From: an uncultured Acidimicrobiaceae bacterium
GTDB lineage: Bacteria; Actinomycetota; Acidimicrobiia; Spongiisociales; UBA5794
Length of the DNA: 41,435 bases
Direction: 5' to 3'
NCBI GenBank assembly: GCA_964496825.1
Contig: CAZCBO010000003.1
Location: forward strand, 1-41,435
Both the position numbers and the translations under genes were made by a program. Shown piece by piece: positions 8,949 to 16,788 of this stretch. The first letter of the stretch is position 1; the number at the start of each line of letters is the position of its first letter. The notes beneath the pieces were generated by a model. It was not told where the DNA came from. It was given only the letters and a program-made list of their open reading frames with translations, and made no database searches.

Positions 8949-9625
8949 GTTGGCTCCACCATCTTGACGCCGACGCCACGAACCGTCTGCAGGTACCGGC
9001 TGTCTGCAGCCGTCTCTCCGAGCTTCCGCCGCAGCCAGGACAAGTGGACGTCGACGGTCTTCTCGCTCCCGCCGTAGGGTTGCCTCCATACCTCGGCGAG
9101 CAGACGCCGTTTCGACACCACCTCACCGGCATGCTCCGCCAGATACCGAAGGAGATCGAACTCCTTGGGACTCAGCTCGAGGGGTTTCCCGTCGAGCGTC
9201 GCTTCCCTGGCAGCACCATCGACGACGAGCCCGCCGATCACCAGCGGCGTTCCCCGTGGGGCGACCTGAGCCCTGCGGAGCACGGCGCGAACACGGGCTT
9301 CGAGCTGCTCCACCGAGAACGGCTTGACCAGATGGTCGTCGGCCCCGTGGTCCAGGCTGAGGACGATGTCGGTCTCCTCACCCCTGGCCGTGGCGACGAT
9401 GACGGGGACGTCGCTGACCGCCCTGATCATCTTGAGCAGCTCCATCCCGTCGAGGTCGGGCAGGCCGAGATCGAGGATCACCAGGTCGGGGGACGACTCC
9501 ACCACGGCGTGAAGCCCGGCCATGGCGTTGGCTGAGGTGCTCACCGAGTGTCCGTTGTCGGCGAGCGCCTTGGCGGCCAGCTCTCTGATCCGCTGTTCGT
9601 CCTCGATGATGATGACTGCTGCCAT
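8945..9625 (-). CDS. OmpR/PhoB-family response regulator
   Basis: Receiver (IIED, DLVILDLGLPDLDG, KPF) and winged helix (LSPKEFDLL, TVDVHLSWLRRKL, TVRGVG). Confidence 0.95.
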   Translation of the reverse strand: MAAVIIIEDEQRIRELAAKALADNGHSVSTSANAMAGLHAVVESSPDLVILDLGLPDLDGMELLKMIRAVSDVPVIVATARGEETDIVLSLDHGADDHLVKPFSVEQLEARVRAVLRRAQVAPRGTPLVIGGLVVDGAAREATLDGKPLELSPKEFDLLRYLAEHAGEVVSKRRLLAEVWRQPYGGSEKTVDVHLSWLRRKLGETAADSRYLQTVRGVGVKMVEPT

Positions 9626-9631
9626 CCCGGT

Positions 9632-9659
9632 CCTTAGCAGTTCCTTAACACTACATTAG
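9632..9659. promoter_or_regulatory. Three 11-bp-phased direct repeats, putative response-regulator binding site
   Basis: CCTTAG (9632), CCTTAA (9643) and CATTAG (9654) in an AT-rich patch between the regulator and the divergent gene. Confidence 0.6.
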
Positions 9660-9695
9660 AGCGGAGGTAAGGGAGGTTCGGGCAAGGTGGCGTTG

Positions 9696-10253
9696 ATGCG
9701 GCAGAGACTCCTCCTGGTCGCTGGCTGGATCGTTGCAGCCGTCGGTGCAGGAGTGGTGGCCTCGGGTGCAGTCGCCGTAGCAGGTGGACAGGTCTTCGAC
9801 CGGCCCATCCGCCCGCTCAACGCAGCCGAGGTCGCGGCCCTCCCTGTCGACGAATCGTTGGCGGCCCTTGAGCCGAGCGTACGCCTTGCCTCCGGCGGCT
9901 CGCAGGCCAGTACGGGGGACGCCACCGAGGGCGGCCGTGACACCGCCGGCGCGAGCGGGTCTGAACGCCCGGCCCGCCCAGGAGGAGTCACCGCAGAGGC
10001 TGAGATCGACCTGATCCGCGTCCCGCCGACCGTGACGCACGTGAGCGGCGGTTCGGCAAGCGTCAGTTCGTCGGGGGATGAGTGGCAGATCCTGTGGGCC
10101 ACACCCAAGCCCAGCTACGCCGTCTCGTTCGATTTCGACCTCGAGCAGCTCGTGCTGATCTTCACCAGCGAAGGTCACCGTTCGGTGATCCAGATCCGGC
10201 GCTCGCCCGAGGGGGAGATCGCCGTCAGCACCGACGAGCAGGAGATTCGGTAG
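9696..10253 (+). CDS. Uncharacterised secreted or membrane-anchored protein
   Basis: N-terminal hydrophobic helix (MRQRLLLVAGWIVAAVGAGVVA), low-complexity linker, and a C-terminal beta-rich domain (GGSASV..ILWATPKPSY..LIFTS). The start could be the GTG at 9687. Confidence 0.7.
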   Translation: MRQRLLLVAGWIVAAVGAGVVASGAVAVAGGQVFDRPIRPLNAAEVAALPVDESLAALEPSVRLASGGSQASTGDATEGGRDTAGASGSERPARPGGVTAEAEIDLIRVPPTVTHVSGGSASVSSSGDEWQILWATPKPSYAVSFDFDLEQLVLIFTSEGHRSVIQIRRSPEGEIAVSTDEQEIR

Positions 10254-11852
10254 CTAGGCCAGCGCCACCAACTCCAGCATCGAGTCGTCGAAGTACGCCT
10301 GCTCCCCATCGGGCATCAGGACGACGCGATCGGGCCCGAGGGCAGCGACGAACTCGGTGTCGTGGCTCACCAGGATCAGCGTGCCGTCGAACTGATCGAG
10401 TGCCGCCAGCAGGGAGTCCTTGGCCTGGGGATCGAGGTTGTTCGTCGGCTCGTCGAGCAGCAGCACGTTGTGGCGGCCGACCACGAGCCTGGCCAGGGCG
10501 AGCTTGGTCTTCTCTCCCCCCGACAGCGTCCCCGCATCCTGGTCGATCTTGTCGGCGAGCAGGAAATGCCCCAGGATCGTGCGCAGGTCCCGATCGGCGA
10601 CGTCCGACACCTCACGCATCAGTTCGACGACGGCGACGCCGCTCCTGATGTCCTCGTGCTCCTGGGCGTAGTAGCCGATCGACGCCTGATGTCCCGGCTC
10701 GACCGTACCGAGATCGGGCTCGTCGATGCCGGCGAGGAGGCGCAGCAGGGATGTCTTTCCCGCGCCGTTGAGGCCCATGATGATGAGGCGCTCCCCGCGA
10801 TCGACGTCGACGTCGACGTCGACGAACACGACGTTGTCGCCGAAGGCCTTGGCCAGCCCATGTGCGCGCAGCGGCGTCCTCCCCGACGGCAGTGCCTGCG
10901 GGAAGCGCACGTTGACCGCCTTGTGCCTGCGTTCCACCGACACCAGATCCTCCTGGAGCCTGGCGACCCGGGTCTCCCAGCTGCGGGCGCGCTTGGCCAT
11001 CTTCTCCGTCGTGTGCTTGAAGCGGCGGATCCCCTCCTCGAGCCTGGCGATCTTCTCGTCTTGATGCCTGCGCTCCCTGAGGCGCTGCCGGCGACGCCGC
11101 TCGCGCTCGGCGAGGTAGTAGCTGTAGTTCCCCCGGTAGGGCTCGACCCGGCCCGCCTCCACCGCCAGCACCGACGTGATCGACTCGTCGAGCAGGGCGA
11201 GGTCGTGGGAGACCAGGAGCAGCCCGCCCGGGTAGCCGGCGAGGTGCGACATCAGCCACGCCTTGGCGTCGAGATCGAGGTGGTTCGTCGGCTCGTCGAG
11301 CAGCAGCGTGTCGGTGTCGGCGAACAGGATCCTGGCCAGCTCCACCCGACGTCGCTGACCACCCGACATCGTCGCCACGGGCTGGTCGAGCTCATCGGAC
11401 TCGATCCCGACGGCATGGGCGAACCGCTTGGCCTCGGCCTTGGCCACATAGCCGCCGCGTGCGGTGAACTCGTCCTCGAGTCTGCCGAAACGGCGGATCA
11501 GCCGATCGCGTTCGTCGCCCGTGGCACGCTCCAAGGAGATCCGCACCTGCTCCATCCGCCGTTCGAGCGTGCCGATGTCGCGGGCCTGCAGGATGCGCTC
11601 GAGGGCGGTCCCGTCTGGCTCCTCGAGCTCGTCCAGCGCCGCTTCCTGCGACAGATACCCGATGACACCGCTGCTGGCGATCGATCCGTGGGCGGGCTTG
11701 CGCCGCCCGGCGAGCGTGCGCAGCAGCGTCGTCTTTCCCGCGCCGTTGGGACCGACCAGGCCGGTCCTGTCTCCCGGCTGGATGGAGAACGTCAGATCGG
11801 ACAGCAGGCGGCGGGCGCCGGCATCGATCCCAAGGTCACGAGCGAGGATCAC
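10254..11852 (-). CDS. ABC-F family ribosome-associated ATPase
   Basis: Two ABC domains ([24 protein letters not shown] and GLNGAGKT/LSGGE/LLLDEPTNNLD), a charged helical linker and no TM segments. TACCCT -10 lies 7 nt before the GTG. Confidence 0.93.
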   Translation of the reverse strand: MILARDLGIDAGARRLLSDLTFSIQPGDRTGLVGPNGAGKTTLLRTLAGRRKPAHGSIASSGVIGYLSQEAALDELEEPDGTALERILQARDIGTLERRMEQVRISLERATGDERDRLIRRFGRLEDEFTARGGYVAKAEAKRFAHAVGIESDELDQPVATMSGGQRRRVELARILFADTDTLLLDEPTNHLDLDAKAWLMSHLAGYPGGLLLVSHDLALLDESITSVLAVEAGRVEPYRGNYSYYLAERERRRRQRLRERRHQDEKIARLEEGIRRFKHTTEKMAKRARSWETRVARLQEDLVSVERRHKAVNVRFPQALPSGRTPLRAHGLAKAFGDNVVFVDVDVDVDRGERLIIMGLNGAGKTSLLRLLAGIDEPDLGTVEPGHQASIGYYAQEHEDIRSGVAVVELMREVSDVADRDLRTILGHFLLADKIDQDAGTLSGGEKTKLALARLVVGRHNVLLLDEPTNNLDPQAKDSLLAALDQFDGTLILVSHDTEFVAALGPDRVVLMPDGEQAYFDDSMLELVALA

Positions 11853-11894
11853 GACGATCAGGGTAGGGGGCTCCGGCTCGCGACGCGCGGCGGG

Positions 11895-13967
11895 TCAGGC
11901 CTCGGCGACCTGGGGTGTGGCCTGGGGCCCGCGATGCCCGTAGAGGTGGTAGTCGGCAACGAACTGCATCACCTGGTTGGACGGGAGCGGCTTGGAGATC
12001 AAATAGCCCTGGACGTTGTCACAGCCGAGGGCACGCAGATCGGCGAGCTGCTTCTCGCTGTCGACGCCCTCGGCGAGCACCTCCATGCCGAGGGTCTTGG
12101 CGAGGCCGATGATGGCCGAGGACACCGCGTAACCATCGCCGTCCCCCAGCGCGTCCACGACGAAGGACCGGTCGATCTTCAGCGTGTCGATGGGGAAGCT
12201 GGTGAGGTAGCCGAGCGAGGAGTACCCGGTTCCGAAGTCGTCGAGGCTCACGGTGACGCCCAGCTCCTGGAGCCGGTCGAGGGCGCCCCTGGTCTCGTTG
12301 AGGTCGGTGACCAAGGTTCCCTCGGTGAGCTCGACGTCGAGGTAGTCGGGACTGAGACGCGCCGAGGCCAGGGAGGCGACGATGGTCTCGACCAGGTTCC
12401 CGGCGCGGAACTGCCTGGCCGAGACGTTCACCGAGACGCGCATCGGCGGCAGGCCCTGGTCGAGCCATTCGCGCATCTGCAGGCACGCGTTGTCGGCTAC
12501 CCACTGGCCGAGCGGAACGACGAGATCGGTCTCCTCGGCGAGGGCGATGAACTCGCCCGTGGGAACCGGCCCGAAGTCGGGATGCGTCCAACGCAGGAGG
12601 GCCTCGAGCCCGATGACCACCTGTCTGCCGACATCGACCTTCGGTTGGTAGACGAGCGTGAGCTCTCCCTCGGTGTTGAGGGCACGCCGGAGGCCGTCGA
12701 GCAGGGCGAGGCGCTTGATGGTGCGTTCCTTGAGCTCGCTCGTGTAGAACTGGTAGGTGTTCCGCCCCGCAGCCTTGGCGCTGTACATGGCGATGTCCGC
12801 ACCCTTGAGCAGCTCGGCTGCGGTCTCACCGTCGAGGGGGAAGGCGGCGACGCCGATCGAGGAGGTGATCGTGATGTCCTCCCTGCCTACGCGGTAGGGC
12901 TCGGCAAGGGCCTTGAGCACGTTGGTGGCAACCTGGCCGGCGTCTTCGACCCGGCGACCACCTTCGAGGATCACGGTGAACTCGTCGCCCCCGAGCCTGG
13001 CGACGGTGTCCGACTCCCGCACGGTGCCGACGAGGCGCTCGGCGACCTGGCGGAGGAGCGCGTCGCCGACGTGGTGGCCGTGGCGGTCGTTGACCTCCTT
13101 GAACCCGTCGATGTCGAGGAACATCAGTGCGACCACGCTCCCGTCGCGGCGGGCACCGGCGACCGCGTTCTCCAGCCGGTCGGCGAACAGCGTCCGATTG
13201 ATCAGACCGGTGAGCGGGTCGTAACGGGCCAGGAAGTTGAGCCGCTGCTGATCGAGCTCTCGCTCGAAGGCATGGGCCTCCGAGCTCTCCTCCCAGCTCG
13301 CCCGCATGCTCTGGGCGGCGGGACGGAAGAGGAACAGCGCCTCGAGGATGAGCAGGATGATCGTGGCCGCGAGGAGGAAGTACTCGGTCTGCTGAAGCGA
13401 GTCGACGCGCTCTGCGGAGATCTCTCCGTGCACTTCGACGAGCGTCTTCATGCTCGCGGTGTATGCGTTCGCTTCGCCGACGACGGCCGCGACCTGCGCC
13501 GAGGAGGGCTGGTCGCCGGCCCGGATGGTGTCCGTGACCTCATCGGTGGCTGCGACGAAACCGCCGAGCTCTCGATCGGCCGCGGCAAAGGCCGCCCTGA
13601 CGTCGTTATCCGAAGCGTCCACCAGGGCGGGGAGCCCGAAGTCCTCGTCACCCTGGGCGAGCGCGACATGGACGGTGCCGACGCGTTGCATCGCGGTCTC
13701 GATCTCCTCGGGTGCGACCGTCTGCCCCGCGGCGCTCGCGGCGACGAGCGTGACCACCTCCTCGGAGAGGTTCTCCTGACCGAGGCCGTACCGGAGCACG
13801 CTCGCGCCCTGTTCGGCTCGGCCGAGCGCTCCTGCGGTGATCAGGGTGGAGAGGATGGCGAACACCGCGATGAGCCCGAGCGCCAGCACATAGCGGCCCG
13901 CCGGCCGATCGGGAAGATCGGACGGCGCCGCTGGTTCACGCGGTTGCATCGCAGCGTCGTCGGCCAT
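11895..13967 (-). CDS. Membrane-bound diguanylate cyclase/phosphodiesterase (sensor-GGDEF-EAL)
   Basis: Two TM helices flanking a helical sensor, then YDPLTGLINR, RESD I-site, RLGGDEF, EALLRW, DDFGTGYSS, LKIDRSF and QGY. Confidence 0.93.
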   Translation of the reverse strand: MADDAAMQPREPAAPSDLPDRPAGRYVLALGLIAVFAILSTLITAGALGRAEQGASVLRYGLGQENLSEEVVTLVAASAAGQTVAPEEIETAMQRVGTVHVALAQGDEDFGLPALVDASDNDVRAAFAAADRELGGFVAATDEVTDTIRAGDQPSSAQVAAVVGEANAYTASMKTLVEVHGEISAERVDSLQQTEYFLLAATIILLILEALFLFRPAAQSMRASWEESSEAHAFERELDQQRLNFLARYDPLTGLINRTLFADRLENAVAGARRDGSVVALMFLDIDGFKEVNDRHGHHVGDALLRQVAERLVGTVRESDTVARLGGDEFTVILEGGRRVEDAGQVATNVLKALAEPYRVGREDITITSSIGVAAFPLDGETAAELLKGADIAMYSAKAAGRNTYQFYTSELKERTIKRLALLDGLRRALNTEGELTLVYQPKVDVGRQVVIGLEALLRWTHPDFGPVPTGEFIALAEETDLVVPLGQWVADNACLQMREWLDQGLPPMRVSVNVSARQFRAGNLVETIVASLASARLSPDYLDVELTEGTLVTDLNETRGALDRLQELGVTVSLDDFGTGYSSLGYLTSFPIDTLKIDRSFVVDALGDGDGYAVSSAIIGLAKTLGMEVLAEGVDSEKQLADLRALGCDNVQGYLISKPLPSNQVMQFVADYHLYGHRGPQATPQVAEA

Positions 13968-14062
13968 GGTTCCTGGGTGATATTCCTATCGGCACGATAC
14001 CGGCGCAATTGAGCAGACGCCTACAATCGCCCCAAGGGTTGTGCGCCGACCGAGGAGCGCTC

Positions 14063-14398
14063 ATGGACACGTTCTGGGACAACTTCTGGACCTTGGTGAT
14101 CTTCATCCCCCTGCTGTTGCTCTGGGTCTTCACCCTCGTCGATCTGTTCAAGAACCCCGGAATCACCGGTGTGGCCAAGGCATTGTGGGCGATCGCCATC
14201 GTGCTGGTGCCGATCATCGGCATGATCGTCTACTTCGTGGTGGCCTATCCGTCGGGTGAAGCAGAGCCTGCGGCCGGATCGGTCGACACCGCCGCCACGC
14301 TCACCCAGCTCGCCGCGCTCAAAGACCAGGGGGTCCTCACCGAGGAGGAGTTCCAGCGCGAGAAGGACAAGGTCTTAGGGGTGGTGGCTCCGGACTGA
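14063..14398 (+). CDS. PLDc_N plus SHOCT small membrane protein
   Basis: GAGGAG SD then ATG at 14063. AKALWAIAIVLVPIIGMIVY is PLDc_N-like and LAALKDQGVLTEEEFQREKDKVL is SHOCT-like. Confidence 0.8.
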   Translation: MDTFWDNFWTLVIFIPLLLLWVFTLVDLFKNPGITGVAKALWAIAIVLVPIIGMIVYFVVAYPSGEAEPAAGSVDTAATLTQLAALKDQGVLTEEEFQREKDKVLGVVAPD

Positions 14399-14400
14399 CT

Positions 14401-14448
14401 GTTCTTGCGTAACCAGAGCCCGGATACGGGTCCACGTTACGCAAGAAC
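14401..14448. repeat. Perfect 13-bp inverted repeat with inner hairpin (REP-like element or bidirectional terminator)
   Basis: GTTCTTGCGTAAC (14401-14413) ... GTTACGCAAGAAC (14436-14448), enclosing CCCG-GATA-CGGG. It fills the gap between the convergent SHOCT gene and tRNA-Leu. Confidence 0.8.
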
Positions 14449-14449
14449 G

Positions 14450-14535
14450 TGCCCGGGGAGGGACTCGAACCCCCACGCCCCATGCGGGACAGCGGTGTTT
14501 AAGACCGCCGCGTCTACCGATTTCGCCACCCGGGC
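14450..14535 (-). tRNA. tRNA-Leu (anticodon TAA)
   Basis: Reverse complement GCCCGGGTGGCGAAATCGGTAGACGCGGCGGTCTTAAACACCGC...GGGGGTTCGAGTCCCTCCCCGGGCA shows a 7-bp acceptor stem, anticodon loop CT-TAA-AC, long variable arm and GTTCGA T-loop. CCA is not encoded. Confidence 0.95.
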
Positions 14536-14579
14536 CCCGACTTGATCGTCCCGGCCGCAGGAACGGGACATCCGGGCGA

Positions 14580-14589
14580 AGGGTAGGCT
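14580..14589. promoter_or_regulatory. Overlapping divergent -10 elements for tRNA-Leu and the EF-G paralogue
   Basis: AGGGTAGGCT gives TACCCT on the minus strand (14585-14580) and TAGGCT on the plus strand (14584-14589), both matching TANNNT. Confidence 0.5.
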
Positions 14590-14623
14590 TGACGCTCCCG
14601 ACGGCAAGCTTGGAGGCTGGGTA

Positions 14624-16687
14624 GTGAAGGTGTTTCCCCCCGAGAAGATCCGCAACGTCGCCCTGGTCGGGCATTCCGGTTCCGGCAAGACCACCTTGGC
14701 CGAGGCCATGCTCTACCGGGCGGGCTCGATCAACCGGCTCGGCACGGTCGAGGAGGGGAATACGGTCACCGACTTCGACCCGGAAGAGCACGCTCGGGGC
14801 ATGTCACTCGGGCTCTCCATGGCTCCCTTCGAGTGGCGGGGCCACAAGGTCAACCTGATCGACACCCCGGGTTACGCCGACTTCGTCGGGGACATCTATG
14901 CCGCGCTCCGGGTCGCCGATCTCGCCGTCTTCGTCGTCGATGCCGCCGAGGGCGTCGAGGTCCAGACCGAATACGCCTGGGAGATCGCCGAGAAGCTCGG
15001 CGTGCCCCGCATGATCTTCATCAACAAGCTCGACAAGGAGCGAGCATCCTTCGACCGGACCCTCGCCCAGCTGCGGGACCGGTTTGGCGCCGGAATCGCC
15101 CCGATCGAACTTCCGATCGGCGAGCACGCCGAATTCCACGGAATCGCCGATCTGTTCCGCGACAAGGCCTACATCTACGACTCGGGGCAGGCCCAGGAAG
15201 TGGACGTCCCCGAGGAGCTCGCCGACCGCGAGCACGAGGTGCACGACAACCTGGTGGAGGGGATCGTTGTCGCCGACGATGACATGCTCGAGGCCTACCT
15301 CGAGGGAGAGATCCCCTCGGTCGAGGAGCTGGAGAAGACGATGGCGATCGGGGTCGCCGATGCCACGGTCTTCCCGGTGGTGGCCGGATCGGCCACGGGT
15401 CCCATCGCCGTCGATCGCCTCGCCGACTTCATCGTCGAACTCGGCCCAGCGCCGACCGATCGACCGCCGATCATGATCGAGGTTGGCGACGAGCTGATCG
15501 AGATCGAATCCGATGCCGCCGGCGACCCGCTCGCCTTCGTGTTCAAGACCATCGCCGACCCCTACGTCGGGCAGATCTCACTGATGCGGGTGCGCTCAGG
15601 AACCCTGAAGCCCGATCTGTCGCTGACCAACACGCGATCGGGAGCCGACGAGAAGCTGGCGAAGCTGGCAACGATGATCGGGAAGGAGACCGAGCTGGTC
15701 GATTCGGCTCCGGCGGGCGACATCGTGGCGGTCGCCAAGCTGACCGATACCGCCACCGGCGACACGCTCGCCCCGAAGAACAAACCGGTACGCCTGCCGG
15801 AGCTGGAGCGCCCCAGTCCGGTCCTGGCGACCGCCCTCGTCGCCAAGACGGCGGGCGATGAGGACAAGCTGGCGACGGCGCTGCGCCGCGTGCTCGCCGA
15901 GGATCCTGCGCTCGAGCTGGAGCTCAATCCGGAGACCAAGCAGACGCTGCTGAAGGGCATGGGTGAAACGCATCTCACCATCACCCTCGAGCGACTGGAA
16001 AGGAAGTTCGGGGTCGGGGTTGCCTCCGAGCCGGTCAAGGTCCCGTACCGGGAGACGGTGACGAGGCCCGCCGCCGCCGAAGGGAAGTACAAGAAGCAGA
16101 CCGGCGGTCACGGCCAGTTCGGCGTCGCTCAGATCGAGCTCGCCCCCACGGGAAGGGGCGAGGGGTTCGAGTTCGTCGACGAGATCAAGGGCGGCGCCAT
16201 CCCCCGCCAGTTCATTCCCGCCGTCGAGAAGGGGGTCGCCGAGACGATGGCCGACGGCGGCGTGCGCGGCTTTCCCATCGTCGACATCCAGGTGCGGCTC
16301 GTCGACGGCAAGTACCACTCGGTGGACTCGTCCGAGATGAGCTTCAAACAGGCGGGTCGCCTGGCGCTCCGCTCGGCGATGGAGCAGGCCGGACCGGTCC
16401 TGCTGGAGCCGATCTCCAAGATCCAGGTCACCGTTCCCTCCGAATACCAGGGCGACGTGATGGGTGATCTGTCGTCGCGGCGCGGCCAGCTCCAGGGCAC
16501 CGAGGCGACGACGAACGGCCAGCAGCGCATCACCGCACTGGTCCCGACGTCGGAGATCCTCAACTACGCCATCGACCTGCGCTCGCTCACCCAAGGCTGG
16601 GGCCGCTTCGAGACCGAGCACGACCACTATCAGGAAGTGCCGTCCCACATGGCCGACCAGATCACCGCAGACCAGGACGAGGACTAG
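14624..16687 (+). CDS. fusA2: Elongation factor G paralogue (EF-G2 / FusA2-like)
   Basis: Motifs IRNVALVGHSGSGKTT, NLIDTPGYADF, INKLD, GMGETHL, KKQTGGHGQF and HSVDSSEMSF. G1/G2 diverge (RGMSL instead of RGITI) and the gene lies outside the str operon. Confidence 0.9.
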   Translation: MKVFPPEKIRNVALVGHSGSGKTTLAEAMLYRAGSINRLGTVEEGNTVTDFDPEEHARGMSLGLSMAPFEWRGHKVNLIDTPGYADFVGDIYAALRVADLAVFVVDAAEGVEVQTEYAWEIAEKLGVPRMIFINKLDKERASFDRTLAQLRDRFGAGIAPIELPIGEHAEFHGIADLFRDKAYIYDSGQAQEVDVPEELADREHEVHDNLVEGIVVADDDMLEAYLEGEIPSVEELEKTMAIGVADATVFPVVAGSATGPIAVDRLADFIVELGPAPTDRPPIMIEVGDELIEIESDAAGDPLAFVFKTIADPYVGQISLMRVRSGTLKPDLSLTNTRSGADEKLAKLATMIGKETELVDSAPAGDIVAVAKLTDTATGDTLAPKNKPVRLPELERPSPVLATALVAKTAGDEDKLATALRRVLAEDPALELELNPETKQTLLKGMGETHLTITLERLERKFGVGVASEPVKVPYRETVTRPAAAEGKYKKQTGGHGQFGVAQIELAPTGRGEGFEFVDEIKGGAIPRQFIPAVEKGVAETMADGGVRGFPIVDIQVRLVDGKYHSVDSSEMSFKQAGRLALRSAMEQAGPVLLEPISKIQVTVPSEYQGDVMGDLSSRRGQLQGTEATTNGQQRITALVPTSEILNYAIDLRSLTQGWGRFETEHDHYQEVPSHMADQITADQDED

Positions 16688-16776
16688 GCGCGGCTGCGAA
16701 CCCAGGGCTCGGGACCGCGCCAGGCGCGGCTGCGAACCCAGGGTTCGGGATCGCGCCAGGCGCGGCTGCGAACCCA
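16686..16776. repeat. 2.5 tandem copies of a 36-bp imperfect palindrome
   Basis: AGGCGCGGCTGCGAACCCAGGGYTCGGGAYCGCGCC at 16686-16721 and 16722-16757, with a truncated third copy at 16758-16776. Confidence 0.9.
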
Positions 16777-16788
16777 CAGGTCCAGAGG

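Noticed and set aside
7621-9001. Near-identical 19-mers (ccgtcYgcMggtaccggct) at ~7621 and ~8983 flanking the kinase
   Set aside because: Two mismatches, GC-rich, and both inside coding sequence in different genes. Most likely chance, with no evidence of a target-site duplication.
10801-10823. (GTCGAC)n hexamer run
   Set aside because: It encodes VDVDVDVD in an ABC beta-strand, so it is a coding low-complexity effect.
10362-14012. 1216-aa plus-strand ORF and other long overlapping ORFs (e.g. 4297-6207 part, 18924-20612, 19895-21817, 28450-30801)
   Set aside because: Antisense shadows of well-supported genes, expected at high GC, with no recognisable motifs.
14450-14535. tRNA-Leu as an integration site for a genomic island
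   Set aside because: No integrase, no duplicated tRNA 3' end and no obvious compositional shift downstream.
16686-16776. Possible mini CRISPR array (36-bp period, palindromic)
   Set aside because: The intervening sequences are near-identical rather than unique spacers, and there are no cas genes or leader in the window.
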